A stretch of 25,638 nt of DNA, from the IMG/VR virus record IMGVR_UViG_3300005662_000208, positions 1 through 25,638 of that record, one strand, 5' to 3'. This DNA is from a virus (taxonomy: Duplodnaviria; Caudoviricetes). Below are positions 9,350 through 20,051 of the stretch, piece by piece. The translations under genes were made by a program, and so were the position numbers. The notes below the pieces were generated by a model. It was not told the origin of the DNA, made no database searches, and saw only the letters and a program-made list of their open reading frames with translations. The number at the start of each line of letters is the position of its first letter. Positions within the stretch are counted from its first letter, which is position 1.

Positions 9350-12300
9350 TTATATATTTAATGATCCTGTTCTCCTTAAACCACCAATCCCTCTTCTTTG
9401 AATAATTGGGAAAGTGGACAGTCCAACATCAACAGAGTATCCAGAAACTGCTATAGAAATTGGAGAATTTGATCTTGTAAATCCAGATAGTTTACCCCAT
9501 GAATACTTACCAACAGTACTTCCAGATGTTGATATCCCAATAATGTTTGAATCGGATCTAATATTGCAGGTTGCGATTCCTGAAATCGGATTAAAAGCAT
9601 TTACATAGTAAATATTATTTAAAAATTCAGTACCAACGCCAATTGTAGTGGAATTATTACTTACGATAGAAGTTACTCCGTTGCCAACTTTAGTGTCAAA
9701 CACAAATATTATATCACCTACTGATAGACTTCCTGGAGATTCTAAAGTAAATCTGAGTGCAAGGTTAGTTCCAATTCCAACAGAAGTTTGGATGCCCGTA
9801 ATATATCCAGAAGCACCATTTACACCACTTAGAGATGGAATTCCTTTAATAAGTTCATAATTTACTTGCGGAGACGGAATTATCACTTGTGGAGGATCAC
9901 TAATTGAATATCCAAAACCTGGATTTATAATTGTTACTGTAGAAAGTGATCCATTAACTATAGAGATAGATGCTGATGCAGTTATAGCAGATCCAACTAT
10001 AGAAGGATTTGAAATATTTACTATCACTTCGGAACCTTCATATCCACTTCCAGGATCGTTAATAGATAATGACTGAATTGTTGTATTATTTGCCACTATT
10101 GCAGTTACAGCAGCTGAAACAAAATTTAGTGACCCTGAAAAAATAATTGCATCAAATTCTACATTAGAAGAACCCAATTGATCTCTCTCATAATTAAAAA
10201 ATTCTGCGTTATCAGTATAAATTACATTATCACTGGAAGAAAAATCTTTTACAATTCTAGCTGTTGGATATATCTGTGATTCTATAGAATTTCTTGATTT
10301 ATATACCAATACACCTTCAATGTTTTTATCAACTTTTTGTTTTGACCAACTTACTGGTTTATAGTTGATAGGATCAATACCATCAAGAAAATAAGTATTA
10401 GTTCTAATAGTATCTGCAGAATAAATCTCTCTTACTAACCTGTTTGTTTGTGAAGTAGTAATACCCAAATAATTATTATTTGATATGGATTGAACTTCAT
10501 CCCCTACTTTTATAGTTTCATCAACATCAACTATGAAACTATCCTCATAACTTCCCCTATAAACAAATAGTGAAATTTCATCTTCTTTTCTTGGTGGAGA
10601 AGTAAAAGTAAATGTAGTACCACCAGAAAACTCATAAGCAATTCCCGGTTGTTGGAGAATTCCATTTATAAAAACAATTAATACAGCATCAATATCAATT
10701 AATTGAGATTCTGAATTTTGATCATTTTTCTGGAAACTTAATAGTTCTCCATTATAAAATAGCGGGAATCTAGTCCTAACACCATCTTGATAATTTTTAA
10801 TTGAATCCATATAATCAATATATCCAAATTGCCATCCAGAAAATGAATCATTGAAGCTTTCTAAAATTTCTAATTTAAATTCTGAAACTGGATTTGCTAG
10901 ATTAGCATCAGTAACTAAACCAACAACTTTTATAACATCACCTTTTCTAAATCCATAACCATTCCTAACAATCTTGAAATTTGATACTTCGTACAGTGTT
11001 GAACCTATTCCAACATTTGAACTGGGTCTGACTTCAAGATCTAGTAATAATCCTGTACCACATTCGGTAGTATTTCCTACCCCCAAACGAGATACTCCAA
11101 TTACTGAAAGATTACTGTATGTTGGGGATGGAACAGAAATAATTGGATTAGTATAACCAGTTCCACCGTTAACTACGGTAAACGATAAGGTTCCACCAAG
11201 ACCGACAGAAGCACTTACACTAGCAGCAGTTCCAGAATGTCCCGATTCAGTAACTGCTACAGAAACTGGACTTCTATATCCAGATCCAGAATAACCTAAA
11301 ATAGAAGTTATAGATCCCCCAGCACCAATTACTGCAGTTACTGAAGCACCAACTAAAGGTGCATATCCCAATCCTGCAGTAGATCCAAGAGATACGATTA
11401 CTCCACCTCTAGGCAATTCATTCATATTGACATCATTTTCACTGATAAACAAAGATCCAGTTTCTAATCTAATTCCATTAAACACAACGCTAGTTATACC
11501 AGCATTAGTATCATCAGATATAGAATAATTTGTATTTGATTCTGCATTGTTATTTGGAGTTCTTGGAGTTTGGAATATACCATTTATAAAAATTAAACCA
11601 TTTCCACCAGTACTTCCAACACCAGATGTATTTGCCCCACCTACCGTTATTCGGTATGTTTGACCTATTCCAGTAAATTTTGGAGAAATATCATCAAAAA
11701 TGTTATTTGTAGTATAGTCTTTTCTTAAGAATACTCTTCCAGTAAAATCTGAAATGTAAGGTTCAATTCCACTGTTAGTAAAAAATGCTTCATTATCTAA
11801 AGTAGTTTGTAATGAATCTGTAAAATATATTTTATTTTTACTAATTCTAAATGATCCTTTATGAAGATACACATTTGATGAGTTTGAATGTGTGGAAGCA
11901 CTAGATCCTACAAAACCTCTTTCAACTTCAACCAAGGAAAATGGTCCAGAAAAAGTTATGGGACCAAATGAAGTTGTCCCAAGACCAACATTCAATACAT
12001 TCATATATTCATTATCAATCTTGAGAATATCATATGGACTAATTGAACCAATGCCACTCAAAGCAAATACTGAAGATGTAGAACCTATTCCAGATGGAGT
12101 ATTAACACTATATGATAGTAAAGAATATGATATTGGACTCTGTACTACATCATTAATTGTAATAATGCTCTTTTCGGTAGATTTATACATTTCAAGTTCA
12201 TGAAGAGTACCAATACCAACACTAGTAAATGTTACTCCAATTGCAGGACTTGCCAATGCATAATCTTTACGAGTTGAAATTTTAAAAGATTCATTATCAA

Positions 12301-15300
12301 TTCTAATTGCATAAACTGTAGATGGTAATATATTAGTTGGAATTCCTACATTGTTTGATGTTGTACCAATTCCTAAAGATCCAGATGTTACATTTGGTCT
12401 ATAAATTAATTCTTCTCCAGTATTGAAGAAATGATTTTGAATTTTAAATACCCCAGTAGATAGATTTAATATCTCACTATCATTTGGATCAAAAGTTTTC
12501 ATAAAAATAGGTATGTTCTGATATTTTAATTCATACCCATCACTTTCATCAATAATATTAAATTTATCACTTATATCATCTATTCTTAAAACTCTATTAG
12601 TTCTTAATTCAATAAAACTTGCAAGTTTTTTATTTTTAAACTTTAAAAGTTCGGAATTGTTATTAAAAACTTCTGTGTCAATAACTAGATCAAAATCATT
12701 AATTGTATCTACTCTGTTTTCACTCACCAATTTATTGACAACAGTGGTATACTCTTCCTTAGTCTTTGTTGTTAATACGCCAACACTAGCACTATTAATG
12801 ATTTCAGTATCCGAAAAGTTTTTAAGTCCTACTGGATGTAAAATAGAATTAACTGGACTTACAATATTATCCCAAGTCTGTCTACTCTTGATCGAATATG
12901 ATAAATTTTGATAATAATCATTATCTGGAATAACTTGATTATCCTGACTAAGTTTTCCAATATCATCTTTCCATTCTGACAAAGAATCATAAAAAGAACC
13001 TATGTTAAAATATCCGAAAGAATTATCAATTTTATTTACCGTAGCTATCGTTCCAGATTGAACTCCTCTAATTAAATTACCTATCTTTAAGCGATATAAA
13101 CCAGAAATTTTAACATAAGATTTATTTGATTCAATTATCTTTAAATCTTCTGCTGTGAAAATGCTTCCATCGTCACTAACTTCTAAATTTTCATTTTGTA
13201 TAAAATTAGAAATTGTTTTTACTAGTGAAAATTTTGGATAATTATTATAATTTATAATTTGTCCCGTATCATTTACAGGAATTCCAGCGTTAGTTGAAAC
13301 GCCAGCAAACGTTAAAACTCTAGGAATGGAAGATCCTCCATTCAAATAACTAGTAATTGTAAAAAATTCATATCCATAATTTTCAGAGTTCAACCCATCA
13401 CCACCATTCGATTGAATACCCTCAACAAAAATCTTATCTCCAAGAGCAAAAGGTTCTATGGTAAATCCATTTAAAGGAGTGACTATAGTACAAGTAACAA
13501 TACCAGATGAGTGTGATGTACTTAATATCCTAACACCATTTGTATTATTAACTGCTTTTATTTCAATTACCGAATCAGGTATACCTTTTGGAGGTTGTAT
13601 AATATTTACAGATGTTATTGAAGAAGATCTAATACTTGCAGTTATTAAACCCGAATCAATTTTCTTTCCAGTTTCAGTATTAACAATCACTAAATTAGGT
13701 TCTACAACATAATTTTTTCCGCCATCTAGAATTAATATTTCTGAAATAGTAAAAGCGTCTTTAATTGTAACTAAATTGGAAATAGATGCTTCTGGCCTAA
13801 TTGTCTTGTCTGATGAATACTCATAAACACTACTCAATAAATTAACTTTTTTAATTTTACCAATAGAATCTGATACTGGTAAAATATAAGCATCATTGCC
13901 ATCTACAGAATCTGTACTATCGAAAATTGGTAACTTTTTGAAGTTAGACTTTGAAGAAATTGTTTTGATCTTCGAGATCCCACCTTTAGCACTTTCTGAA
14001 GTTGTGGTATATTCTAAAACTCTAGTATTAGATTGATTATATTGATTTCTTTCTGGATTTTTTCTTAAATTAATTTTGAACGTAGTATTTCCTGTACTTA
14101 CGATATTGTAAGTATCAGTATAAACACTATTGACAAAATTAATACGAGAATAATTTGTAACTTCTGAATCTGGAGCAATGATCGATCCAGATTTTTCTAA
14201 GCAGTAATATAAAAAGTCTCCTATACTATCATCATATTTTATAGTTAAAGATGATCCAGTACTGACAACTGAAGAAGTAGTGGTTAATCCAGTAAGAGAA
14301 AATTGATTTTTAAAATCATTATCAAGGAATATTTTTAGTTTATAACCACTCAAAGAAGGATCGGATAAATTAAATACTAAACTATCCCCTTTAACAACAT
14401 TTATTGACGGATTAATAACTTTTATTTGATGTGCTGATGAAGGAGCATTTGTTATATCAACTACTTTTGGTGGATTATTTTTAGAATCCTTAATTGTTTC
14501 ACATAATGTAATTCTATTGTTATCAATTTTATAAACATAGTATATGCCAGTAGATAATCCAGTTGGAACAACTTGTGCATCATATATGATTTTATCTCCA
14601 GTAACAAGATTGTGATTTGGTAATGTTATTTGATTTGTTATCGTACTGATCGATCCTGATGTAAAATCAATCGGATTGATTACTAATCTCTCATAAACAG
14701 AATCATAACTAACATTTATAGAAGAAGATGTTCCTATTCCAGTTAAATTATTAGAAATGACGGATAATTTAATTATATCACCATTGGACAACCCATGACT
14801 AGTAGAAACTGAAATGGTTGCATTATTTGTTTCTATATTTCCAAATATTTGATTATATTCAGATCTAAATGAATATTGGTAATCATCAGAACCACTATTC
14901 AGGAAAAATAGACCATTTGTAGATGTAGTCAGTCCTATTTGAGTTACTATGCCAATATAATCATCAGTTTTCTTAATTACATAAACTCTTTGTTCTGTAG
15001 TAATACCAGATAGTATATTAAATGGGGTTTGTGAAGAAGTATTTGCTACGCCTATTGAAGAATTTGAAGAAATTCTTTTACTTATGATTACTTTTTGCCC
15101 TGTGTTAAATTTATGATCTGGTAAATAAATTGCTTGAGTAGGGACAAATATATTTTTCGTTAAATTTCCAACCTTATAAGAGTTTGAAGATCCACTGCCA
15201 GATGTAGTTCCCAAACCAATCGATTGATTTGGATTGAAATATACAATTCTATTTACTTTAGAATCAAAATACTCGGTATTATTCTCAATGACAAATTTAT

Positions 15301-18300
15301 TAGATAAAAAGTCAACTCTTGTTGTTGAAGTATAAGCAACTCCAGATGATCTTACAACTCTAATAGCATTTTCATCATCAAAAACATTTAGGATTTTTAA
15401 TGTCTCTGTTCCAATTTTAATATATCCTTCAATTGAAACATTATTTGGAATATTTGATAGATAAATGTCAGTTACAATTCCAGATAATGTGGAAGGAATC
15501 GCCTGAATCAAATGAGACTTATAAGAAGATACCCCTATTTGATATGTTTTATTTAAAAAACTTAAACTAGAAGAGAATCCAGATATATTAACATAATCTA
15601 AGTCGTTATATTCATGATATGGTATTGTATTCACTTCAATTTTATTATCACCAATCCAAGTAAATACGGAATCGCTATACTCCGTTTTATTTGAAGATAT
15701 ACTTTCTATGTTCTCCCCTACTATCTCAGATACTCTTACATCTAAACTATTATTACTATTATTTTCAACATCATTGAATATAACTGCATCGTTTATTTTA
15801 TAATTACGTCCAGGATTTAGAATATTAAAATTATCAATGGAATCACTTTCTACAGAATCAACTATAGAAATTTGATTGGCAATTCCTTCAGATCCAATGA
15901 CAAAATCATTGCTAGTATATTCACCAAATAATTTGTATGGGAAAGTATTTCTAATTAAATTGGAATTATTAAAATTGAATGTTTGATCTAAAAATTTATT
16001 TTCTGAGACAAATTTAGACTTATAAGTATCTCCAATAAAATAAGGAAAACTTGGCACTACATTTCGATTAACATCTAATTTAGTAGTTGCAAAATAAGCA
16101 TAAGTACCATTTGGGAATTCTGGAGTTATACAGAATCTACCATTATTTTTGTCTAGATCTCCAGATTCATTGTATACATAATCTTCTATAAAAAATCCAG
16201 AAGGAAATTGAGATGTTGGAGGTCTACTTATAACATTGTTGCTATTTAAAATATATCCAGATTCCAGTCTTTTAATTGGTGTATTTTGTAGTAATTTATT
16301 AGGATCCTCATAAGCATATGATCCATATATTGGATTTCCATCATAAGCCCATCCAATAATTGGAGAATGTTGATTCGAATTGGAATCATTGAATAACTCT
16401 GTTATCTTTTCAGAATAAGAGCAAATACTATATTGTAAATTATAGTTTGATTCTTTAGTTACTTCACTTCCATATAAAAAATTATTATTTACAGTTAAAG
16501 ATCTGACCTGGGGATTAAATAATGAATCTTTTCCTGAAGATTCTACAATAATTTCAGTTTTTGATTGAGTATAACCAGAACCAGAATTTAAAATAACAAC
16601 AGCAGTTATTTTATTATTTTCAATGACTGGTCTTAAAATTGCTCCAATGCCATCACCAATTACTTTTAAATTTGGAGTTGAGTAATAATCTTCTCCACTA
16701 TTTAAAATTGAAATATCAATAATTTTTCCATCGTTTATAATTGGTAAAAGTTGACATCCTTTACCATTTTTTACAATGATATTTGGTTTTTTATGATTAT
16801 TTAAAATAAAGGAACCATAATTACTTCCCTTTTCATACACATAAGTATCAATTATTTCTCCTTTTATTACGGGAGTGGAAACTATACTACCCGTAAACTC
16901 TGTACTTCCAATTCCAGCAGATCTGTATCTAACATTGAGAGTTATATCTGGATATTTAAAAATTTGATATCCAGATCCACTGCTAGAAAATTTTACATAT
17001 TTTTCTCTTTCATAATTTTCCCTAAAAGTTCCACCAATTCCAGCATCACATAACTTATAGTAATCATCATCAACTTTTTTAATATAGTACTGATTAATTG
17101 TTGTTAATCCAACTATAGGGTTAGTTTGATATTCATAAGAAATTACTTCCCCATCATTAAATCCATGATTTTTATAAAAAACAGTACTATTTACTGTAGA
17201 AATTCCGACAGGAAGAACTCTAAGTTTTCTATTTTCATATCCACTACCACCATTTATAACTTTTATTTCAATTAGTCTATTTTTACTTAAAGTATAAAAA
17301 TTATGAATACCCGAATTACTAATTGTAGTAAATCCTACAGTGTTAATTCCACTTCTATAATCTGCAACTGATGGGTAAAGTTGTATTGTATCATCATTAA
17401 TATATTTTGCTACATAATCTGTTCCTTTTTTTAAAGTTAGTCCACTATTATTGTTTGATCCACTATATGTACCAATACCTAATTCTGGATTACTATTTGG
17501 ATCATAAGTAATTACTTCCCCATCACTCAATCCGTGATTTATTTCAAAAGTAATTGTTTCATCAATAGAATTAAGACCCCCTCCATCTAGTATACTTCTT
17601 GCATTAAAATTTAACTTTCTATTCCTTTTTTCAATAACTGGTTCAAAAGAAGCTCCACTACCATTACCTCCAGACATTGATGCCGATATTACAACATCAA
17701 TATCAAAATCTTGAGGATCAGTATAAACTTTTTCTACCGATCCTCTAACTATAGGTTGAACTAGCGCATTTCCAGAATCTACTTCTAAAAGTGGAGGATT
17801 ACTTACATCATATCCAACACCTCCACTCAAAACATTCACTTTTTCAAGAGGTCCGTAATAAATTTTATTCTCTGATTTATAATTTAAAATTTCTACACCA
17901 TTTGAAAGCATCCCAATATATCCAACTTCAGTAGCATTAGAATCATCAGTTTGATTTGTTGGAGATAATGGAAATTTTCTTAATATTTTTTGTGGTGATA
18001 AAGTTTTAGATTTTTGATTTAATAATGTAAAATTATGCGTTCCTGATGTATAATTATTAAATTTTACATAATTAGAAGATCCTAATAAAAGATTAGATAT
18101 ATACAATCTAATTTCCGTTTTACTTGCCAAAACTTCAATGTAGTAATTACCTTCTTGCAATCCACCAATTGGGTTTGCGGATGGTTTATAATAGATCAAA
18201 TCGCCCGTTATAAACGAAACTGCATTTGCAAATACAATATTTGCAAATTCTGCGTTTTCAGATTGATTACTTACAAGTTCAGATAATCCAATGGAATCAT

Positions 18301-20050
18301 ATGAAAAGATTGGTACATTTATCTCATATGATGGTATTGAATTTGATGCAACATACATGTATTCATCAGAATCATTATAAACATTTTGAATATCTGCAAA
18401 TATGTTGGGATATTCTAAAGAAGATTTTGTATTACTATTGATAGAACCAAATCTTATTTTTTTCCTTATCTCATAATCTATACTTGAATTTAAATTCAAT
18501 GTTATTGCGGAATTGTTTTCACTATTAACTTCGATTTCTTGTTCGATTCCGCTGATTATATTATTTACAATTAGATTATTATATACAATTTGTTCCGAAT
18601 CCTGCAACAAGATATCAATCCTATCCGATACTTTTAAAATTTTATCGATGGGAGTTTTTAATACAATCCTATTTGTACCATTAACTTTATTAATTTGATA
18701 TCTGGGATTAGTATTATAATTCCAGATATTTGCAAATACTTCTTTAAGAGTTTGATTGGAATCTGGATCTTCAATTTTTTCTCCGATGTTTTTTACTGAA
18801 ATATATTCACCTTCGGAAGAGGTAGAAATTTGAGTATCTGAATTAAAATCTGATATTACTCCAACTAATTTAATTTCAACTTTTTTACTCAAATCTCCAT
18901 TTTCATATCCATAGTAAGTATCTTCTGAATAAATTGCAGATGCTGTAGATATTCCAGAAACTACTCCACTACATCCAAGAAATTGATTTATAGTCTTTTT
19001 AGTATATGTTACAACGTTAGATCCAGAATATAATTTTCCAAATTCAGGAAATCCGATTGTGGAGTCCACTGTAATTGCGGAACTTCCCGGACTAATGTAG
19101 TTTAAATTCTTTGTACTTCCAGTGATATCTATATTTCCTGTTATAGATGATAATGAATCATCATATCCAACAAAAATAAAAAGTTTATAATAAGTTTTAT
19201 TATTCCTAGTAATTGCTTCTACTTCAGAAATTGCTGCAGTGATTTGCGAATCTGTTGTTTTTGTAATTAATTGCCCCTCTAAATTTAAAGGATTTCCACT
19301 TACAGACTCTGCAATAGCAATTTTTCTTCTTGCATAAGACGCAGTAGAAGATTTAATTAAAAAATTCTCTAAATCGATTATTTTTGGTTCATCATTAAAT
19401 AATACATTAAAAAGAATTCTAAAAGATTCATCAGTTCCTTTAGATCTATAAAGTGTTCTAGATTCCTTAATAAAGTTACCAATATTCAAATTCGGAGTAA
19501 AGTTTACACTTTCTAAACCAGGATTTAAAGAATATTTCGTTTTTTTATAAAACTCTTGTAAGAAAAGTACGCTTAAATTATTTACCTCAGAAGATTGTAA
19601 ATGACTTTGAGATTCTGATTCAGTAAATATTAATTCCGAAAGACTTGCATTTTTAGTGTAATCAGTAATACCAGAAAATCCACGAATACAACCAGTAAAA
19701 GAATTTGTAGTTATTCCAGTATAAGTAATTACTTCATCATCAATTTTTATTAATCCATACTTCTTTGGAAATCCTTTTGTACTTGATACGTTTATTGTCG
19801 TTGCAGATGAAGATATATTTTCTGCCAGTGAAGTATTACCAACAATAACCTCTGGTGTTAAATTATCTAATTTTAGATACTGGTCTAAATTATCAACAAT
19901 ATCAATTGGACCACCTTGATATTCCTGACCAATATAATATTGCCTCAAAAATTCGGTCGTTTTTGGATTCTCACTAGTAATAAATTCTGGAAGTTGACTT
20001 TCTACTATATCCGTTATTTTTATTCTTGTTTCAAATCCAATATTTAACAT
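9350..20050 (-). CDS. gp7: Baseplate wedge initiator gp7-like giant structural protein (3566 aa) with YHYH-type domain and repeated beta modules
   Basis: N-terminal QLPEFI...FLRQYY and LYRSKGTDESFRILFNVLF; DNDYYQNLSYSIKS...HPVG motif; HSPIIGWAYDGNPIYG...DLDKNNGRFCITPEFPNGTYAYF. Sits between gp6 and gp8. Confidence 0.85.
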   Translation of the reverse strand: MLNIGFETRIKITDIVESQLPEFITSENPKTTEFLRQYYIGQEYQGGPIDIVDNLDQYLKLDNLTPEVIVGNTSLAENISSSATTINVSSTKGFPKKYGLIKIDDEVITYTGITTNSFTGCIRGFSGITDYTKNASLSELIFTESESQSHLQSSEVNNLSVLFLQEFYKKTKYSLNPGLESVNFTPNLNIGNFIKESRTLYRSKGTDESFRILFNVLFNDEPKIIDLENFLIKSSTASYARRKIAIAESVSGNPLNLEGQLITKTTDSQITAAISEVEAITRNNKTYYKLFIFVGYDDSLSSITGNIDITGSTKNLNYISPGSSAITVDSTIGFPEFGKLYSGSNVVTYTKKTINQFLGCSGVVSGISTASAIYSEDTYYGYENGDLSKKVEIKLVGVISDFNSDTQISTSSEGEYISVKNIGEKIEDPDSNQTLKEVFANIWNYNTNPRYQINKVNGTNRIVLKTPIDKILKVSDRIDILLQDSEQIVYNNLIVNNIISGIEQEIEVNSENNSAITLNLNSSIDYEIRKKIRFGSINSNTKSSLEYPNIFADIQNVYNDSDEYMYVASNSIPSYEINVPIFSYDSIGLSELVSNQSENAEFANIVFANAVSFITGDLIYYKPSANPIGGLQEGNYYIEVLASKTEIRLYISNLLLGSSNYVKFNNYTSGTHNFTLLNQKSKTLSPQKILRKFPLSPTNQTDDSNATEVGYIGMLSNGVEILNYKSENKIYYGPLEKVNVLSGGVGYDVSNPPLLEVDSGNALVQPIVRGSVEKVYTDPQDFDIDVVISASMSGGNGSGASFEPVIEKRNRKLNFNARSILDGGGLNSIDETITFEINHGLSDGEVITYDPNSNPELGIGTYSGSNNNSGLTLKKGTDYVAKYINDDTIQLYPSVADYRSGINTVGFTTISNSGIHNFYTLSKNRLIEIKVINGGSGYENRKLRVLPVGISTVNSTVFYKNHGFNDGEVISYEYQTNPIVGLTTINQYYIKKVDDDYYKLCDAGIGGTFRENYEREKYVKFSSSGSGYQIFKYPDITLNVRYRSAGIGSTEFTGSIVSTPVIKGEIIDTYVYEKGSNYGSFILNNHKKPNIIVKNGKGCQLLPIINDGKIIDISILNSGEDYYSTPNLKVIGDGIGAILRPVIENNKITAVVILNSGSGYTQSKTEIIVESSGKDSLFNPQVRSLTVNNNFLYGSEVTKESNYNLQYSICSYSEKITELFNDSNSNQHSPIIGWAYDGNPIYGSYAYEDPNKLLQNTPIKRLESGYILNSNNVISRPPTSQFPSGFFIEDYVYNESGDLDKNNGRFCITPEFPNGTYAYFATTKLDVNRNVVPSFPYFIGDTYKSKFVSENKFLDQTFNFNNSNLIRNTFPYKLFGEYTSNDFVIGSEGIANQISIVDSVESDSIDNFNILNPGRNYKINDAVIFNDVENNSNNSLDVRVSEIVGENIESISSNKTEYSDSVFTWIGDNKIEVNTIPYHEYNDLDYVNISGFSSSLSFLNKTYQIGVSSYKSHLIQAIPSTLSGIVTDIYLSNIPNNVSIEGYIKIGTETLKILNVFDDENAIRVVRSSGVAYTSTTRVDFLSNKFVIENNTEYFDSKVNRIVYFNPNQSIGLGTTSGSGSSNSYKVGNLTKNIFVPTQAIYLPDHKFNTGQKVIISKRISSNSSIGVANTSSQTPFNILSGITTEQRVYVIKKTDDYIGIVTQIGLTTSTNGLFFLNSGSDDYQYSFRSEYNQIFGNIETNNATISVSTSHGLSNGDIIKLSVISNNLTGIGTSSSINVSYDSVYERLVINPIDFTSGSISTITNQITLPNHNLVTGDKIIYDAQVVPTGLSTGIYYVYKIDNNRITLCETIKDSKNNPPKVVDITNAPSSAHQIKVINPSINVVKGDSLVFNLSDPSLSGYKLKIFLDNDFKNQFSLTGLTTTSSVVSTGSSLTIKYDDSIGDFLYYCLEKSGSIIAPDSEVTNYSRINFVNSVYTDTYNIVSTGNTTFKINLRKNPERNQYNQSNTRVLEYTTTSESAKGGISKIKTISSKSNFKKLPIFDSTDSVDGNDAYILPVSDSIGKIKKVNLLSSVYEYSSDKTIRPEASISNLVTIKDAFTISEILILDGGKNYVVEPNLVIVNTETGKKIDSGLITASIRSSSITSVNIIQPPKGIPDSVIEIKAVNNTNGVRILSTSHSSGIVTCTIVTPLNGFTIEPFALGDKIFVEGIQSNGGDGLNSENYGYEFFTITSYLNGGSSIPRVLTFAGVSTNAGIPVNDTGQIINYNNYPKFSLVKTISNFIQNENLEVSDDGSIFTAEDLKIIESNKSYVKISGLYRLKIGNLIRGVQSGTIATVNKIDNSFGYFNIGSFYDSLSEWKDDIGKLSQDNQVIPDNDYYQNLSYSIKSRQTWDNIVSPVNSILHPVGLKNFSDTEIINSASVGVLTTKTKEEYTTVVNKLVSENRVDTINDFDLVIDTEVFNNNSELLKFKNKKLASFIELRTNRVLRIDDISDKFNIIDESDGYELKYQNIPIFMKTFDPNDSEILNLSTGVFKIQNHFFNTGEELIYRPNVTSGSLGIGTTSNNVGIPTNILPSTVYAIRIDNESFKISTRKDYALASPAIGVTFTSVGIGTLHELEMYKSTEKSIITINDVVQSPISYSLLSYSVNTPSGIGSTSSVFALSGIGSISPYDILKIDNEYMNVLNVGLGTTSFGPITFSGPFSLVEVERGFVGSSASTHSNSSNVYLHKGSFRISKNKIYFTDSLQTTLDNEAFFTNSGIEPYISDFTGRVFLRKDYTTNNIFDDISPKFTGIGQTYRITVGGANTSGVGSTGGNGLIFINGIFQTPRTPNNNAESNTNYSISDDTNAGITSVVFNGIRLETGSLFISENDVNMNELPRGGVIVSLGSTAGLGYAPLVGASVTAVIGAGGSITSILGYSGSGYRSPVSVAVTESGHSGTAASVSASVGLGGTLSFTVVNGGTGYTNPIISVPSPTYSNLSVIGVSRLGVGNTTECGTGLLLDLEVRPSSNVGIGSTLYEVSNFKIVRNGYGFRKGDVIKVVGLVTDANLANPVSEFKLEILESFNDSFSGWQFGYIDYMDSIKNYQDGVRTRFPLFYNGELLSFQKNDQNSESQLIDIDAVLIVFINGILQQPGIAYEFSGGTTFTFTSPPRKEDEISLFVYRGSYEDSFIVDVDETIKVGDEVQSISNNNYLGITTSQTNRLVREIYSADTIRTNTYFLDGIDPINYKPVSWSKQKVDKNIEGVLVYKSRNSIESQIYPTARIVKDFSSSDNVIYTDNAEFFNYERDQLGSSNVEFDAIIFSGSLNFVSAAVTAIVANNTTIQSLSINDPGSGYEGSEVIVNISNPSIVGSAITASASISIVNGSLSTVTIINPGFGYSISDPPQVIIPSPQVNYELIKGIPSLSGVNGASGYITGIQTSVGIGTNLALRFTLESPGSLSVGDIIFVFDTKVGNGVTSIVSNNSTTIGVGTEFLNNIYYVNAFNPISGIATCNIRSDSNIIGISTSGSTVGKYSWGKLSGFTRSNSPISIAVSGYSVDVGLSTFPIIQRRGIGGLRRTGSLNI

Positions 20051-20051
20051 T

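Noticed and set aside
1917-18698. Plus-strand ORFs of 60-128 aa (e.g. 1917-2132, 3677-3913, 3774-4160, 7604-7885, 11892-12203, 13458-13712) and the minus-strand ORF 5977-6159
   Set aside because: All lie within long, motif-supported structural genes. They are antisense or off-frame shadows with no recognisable motifs.
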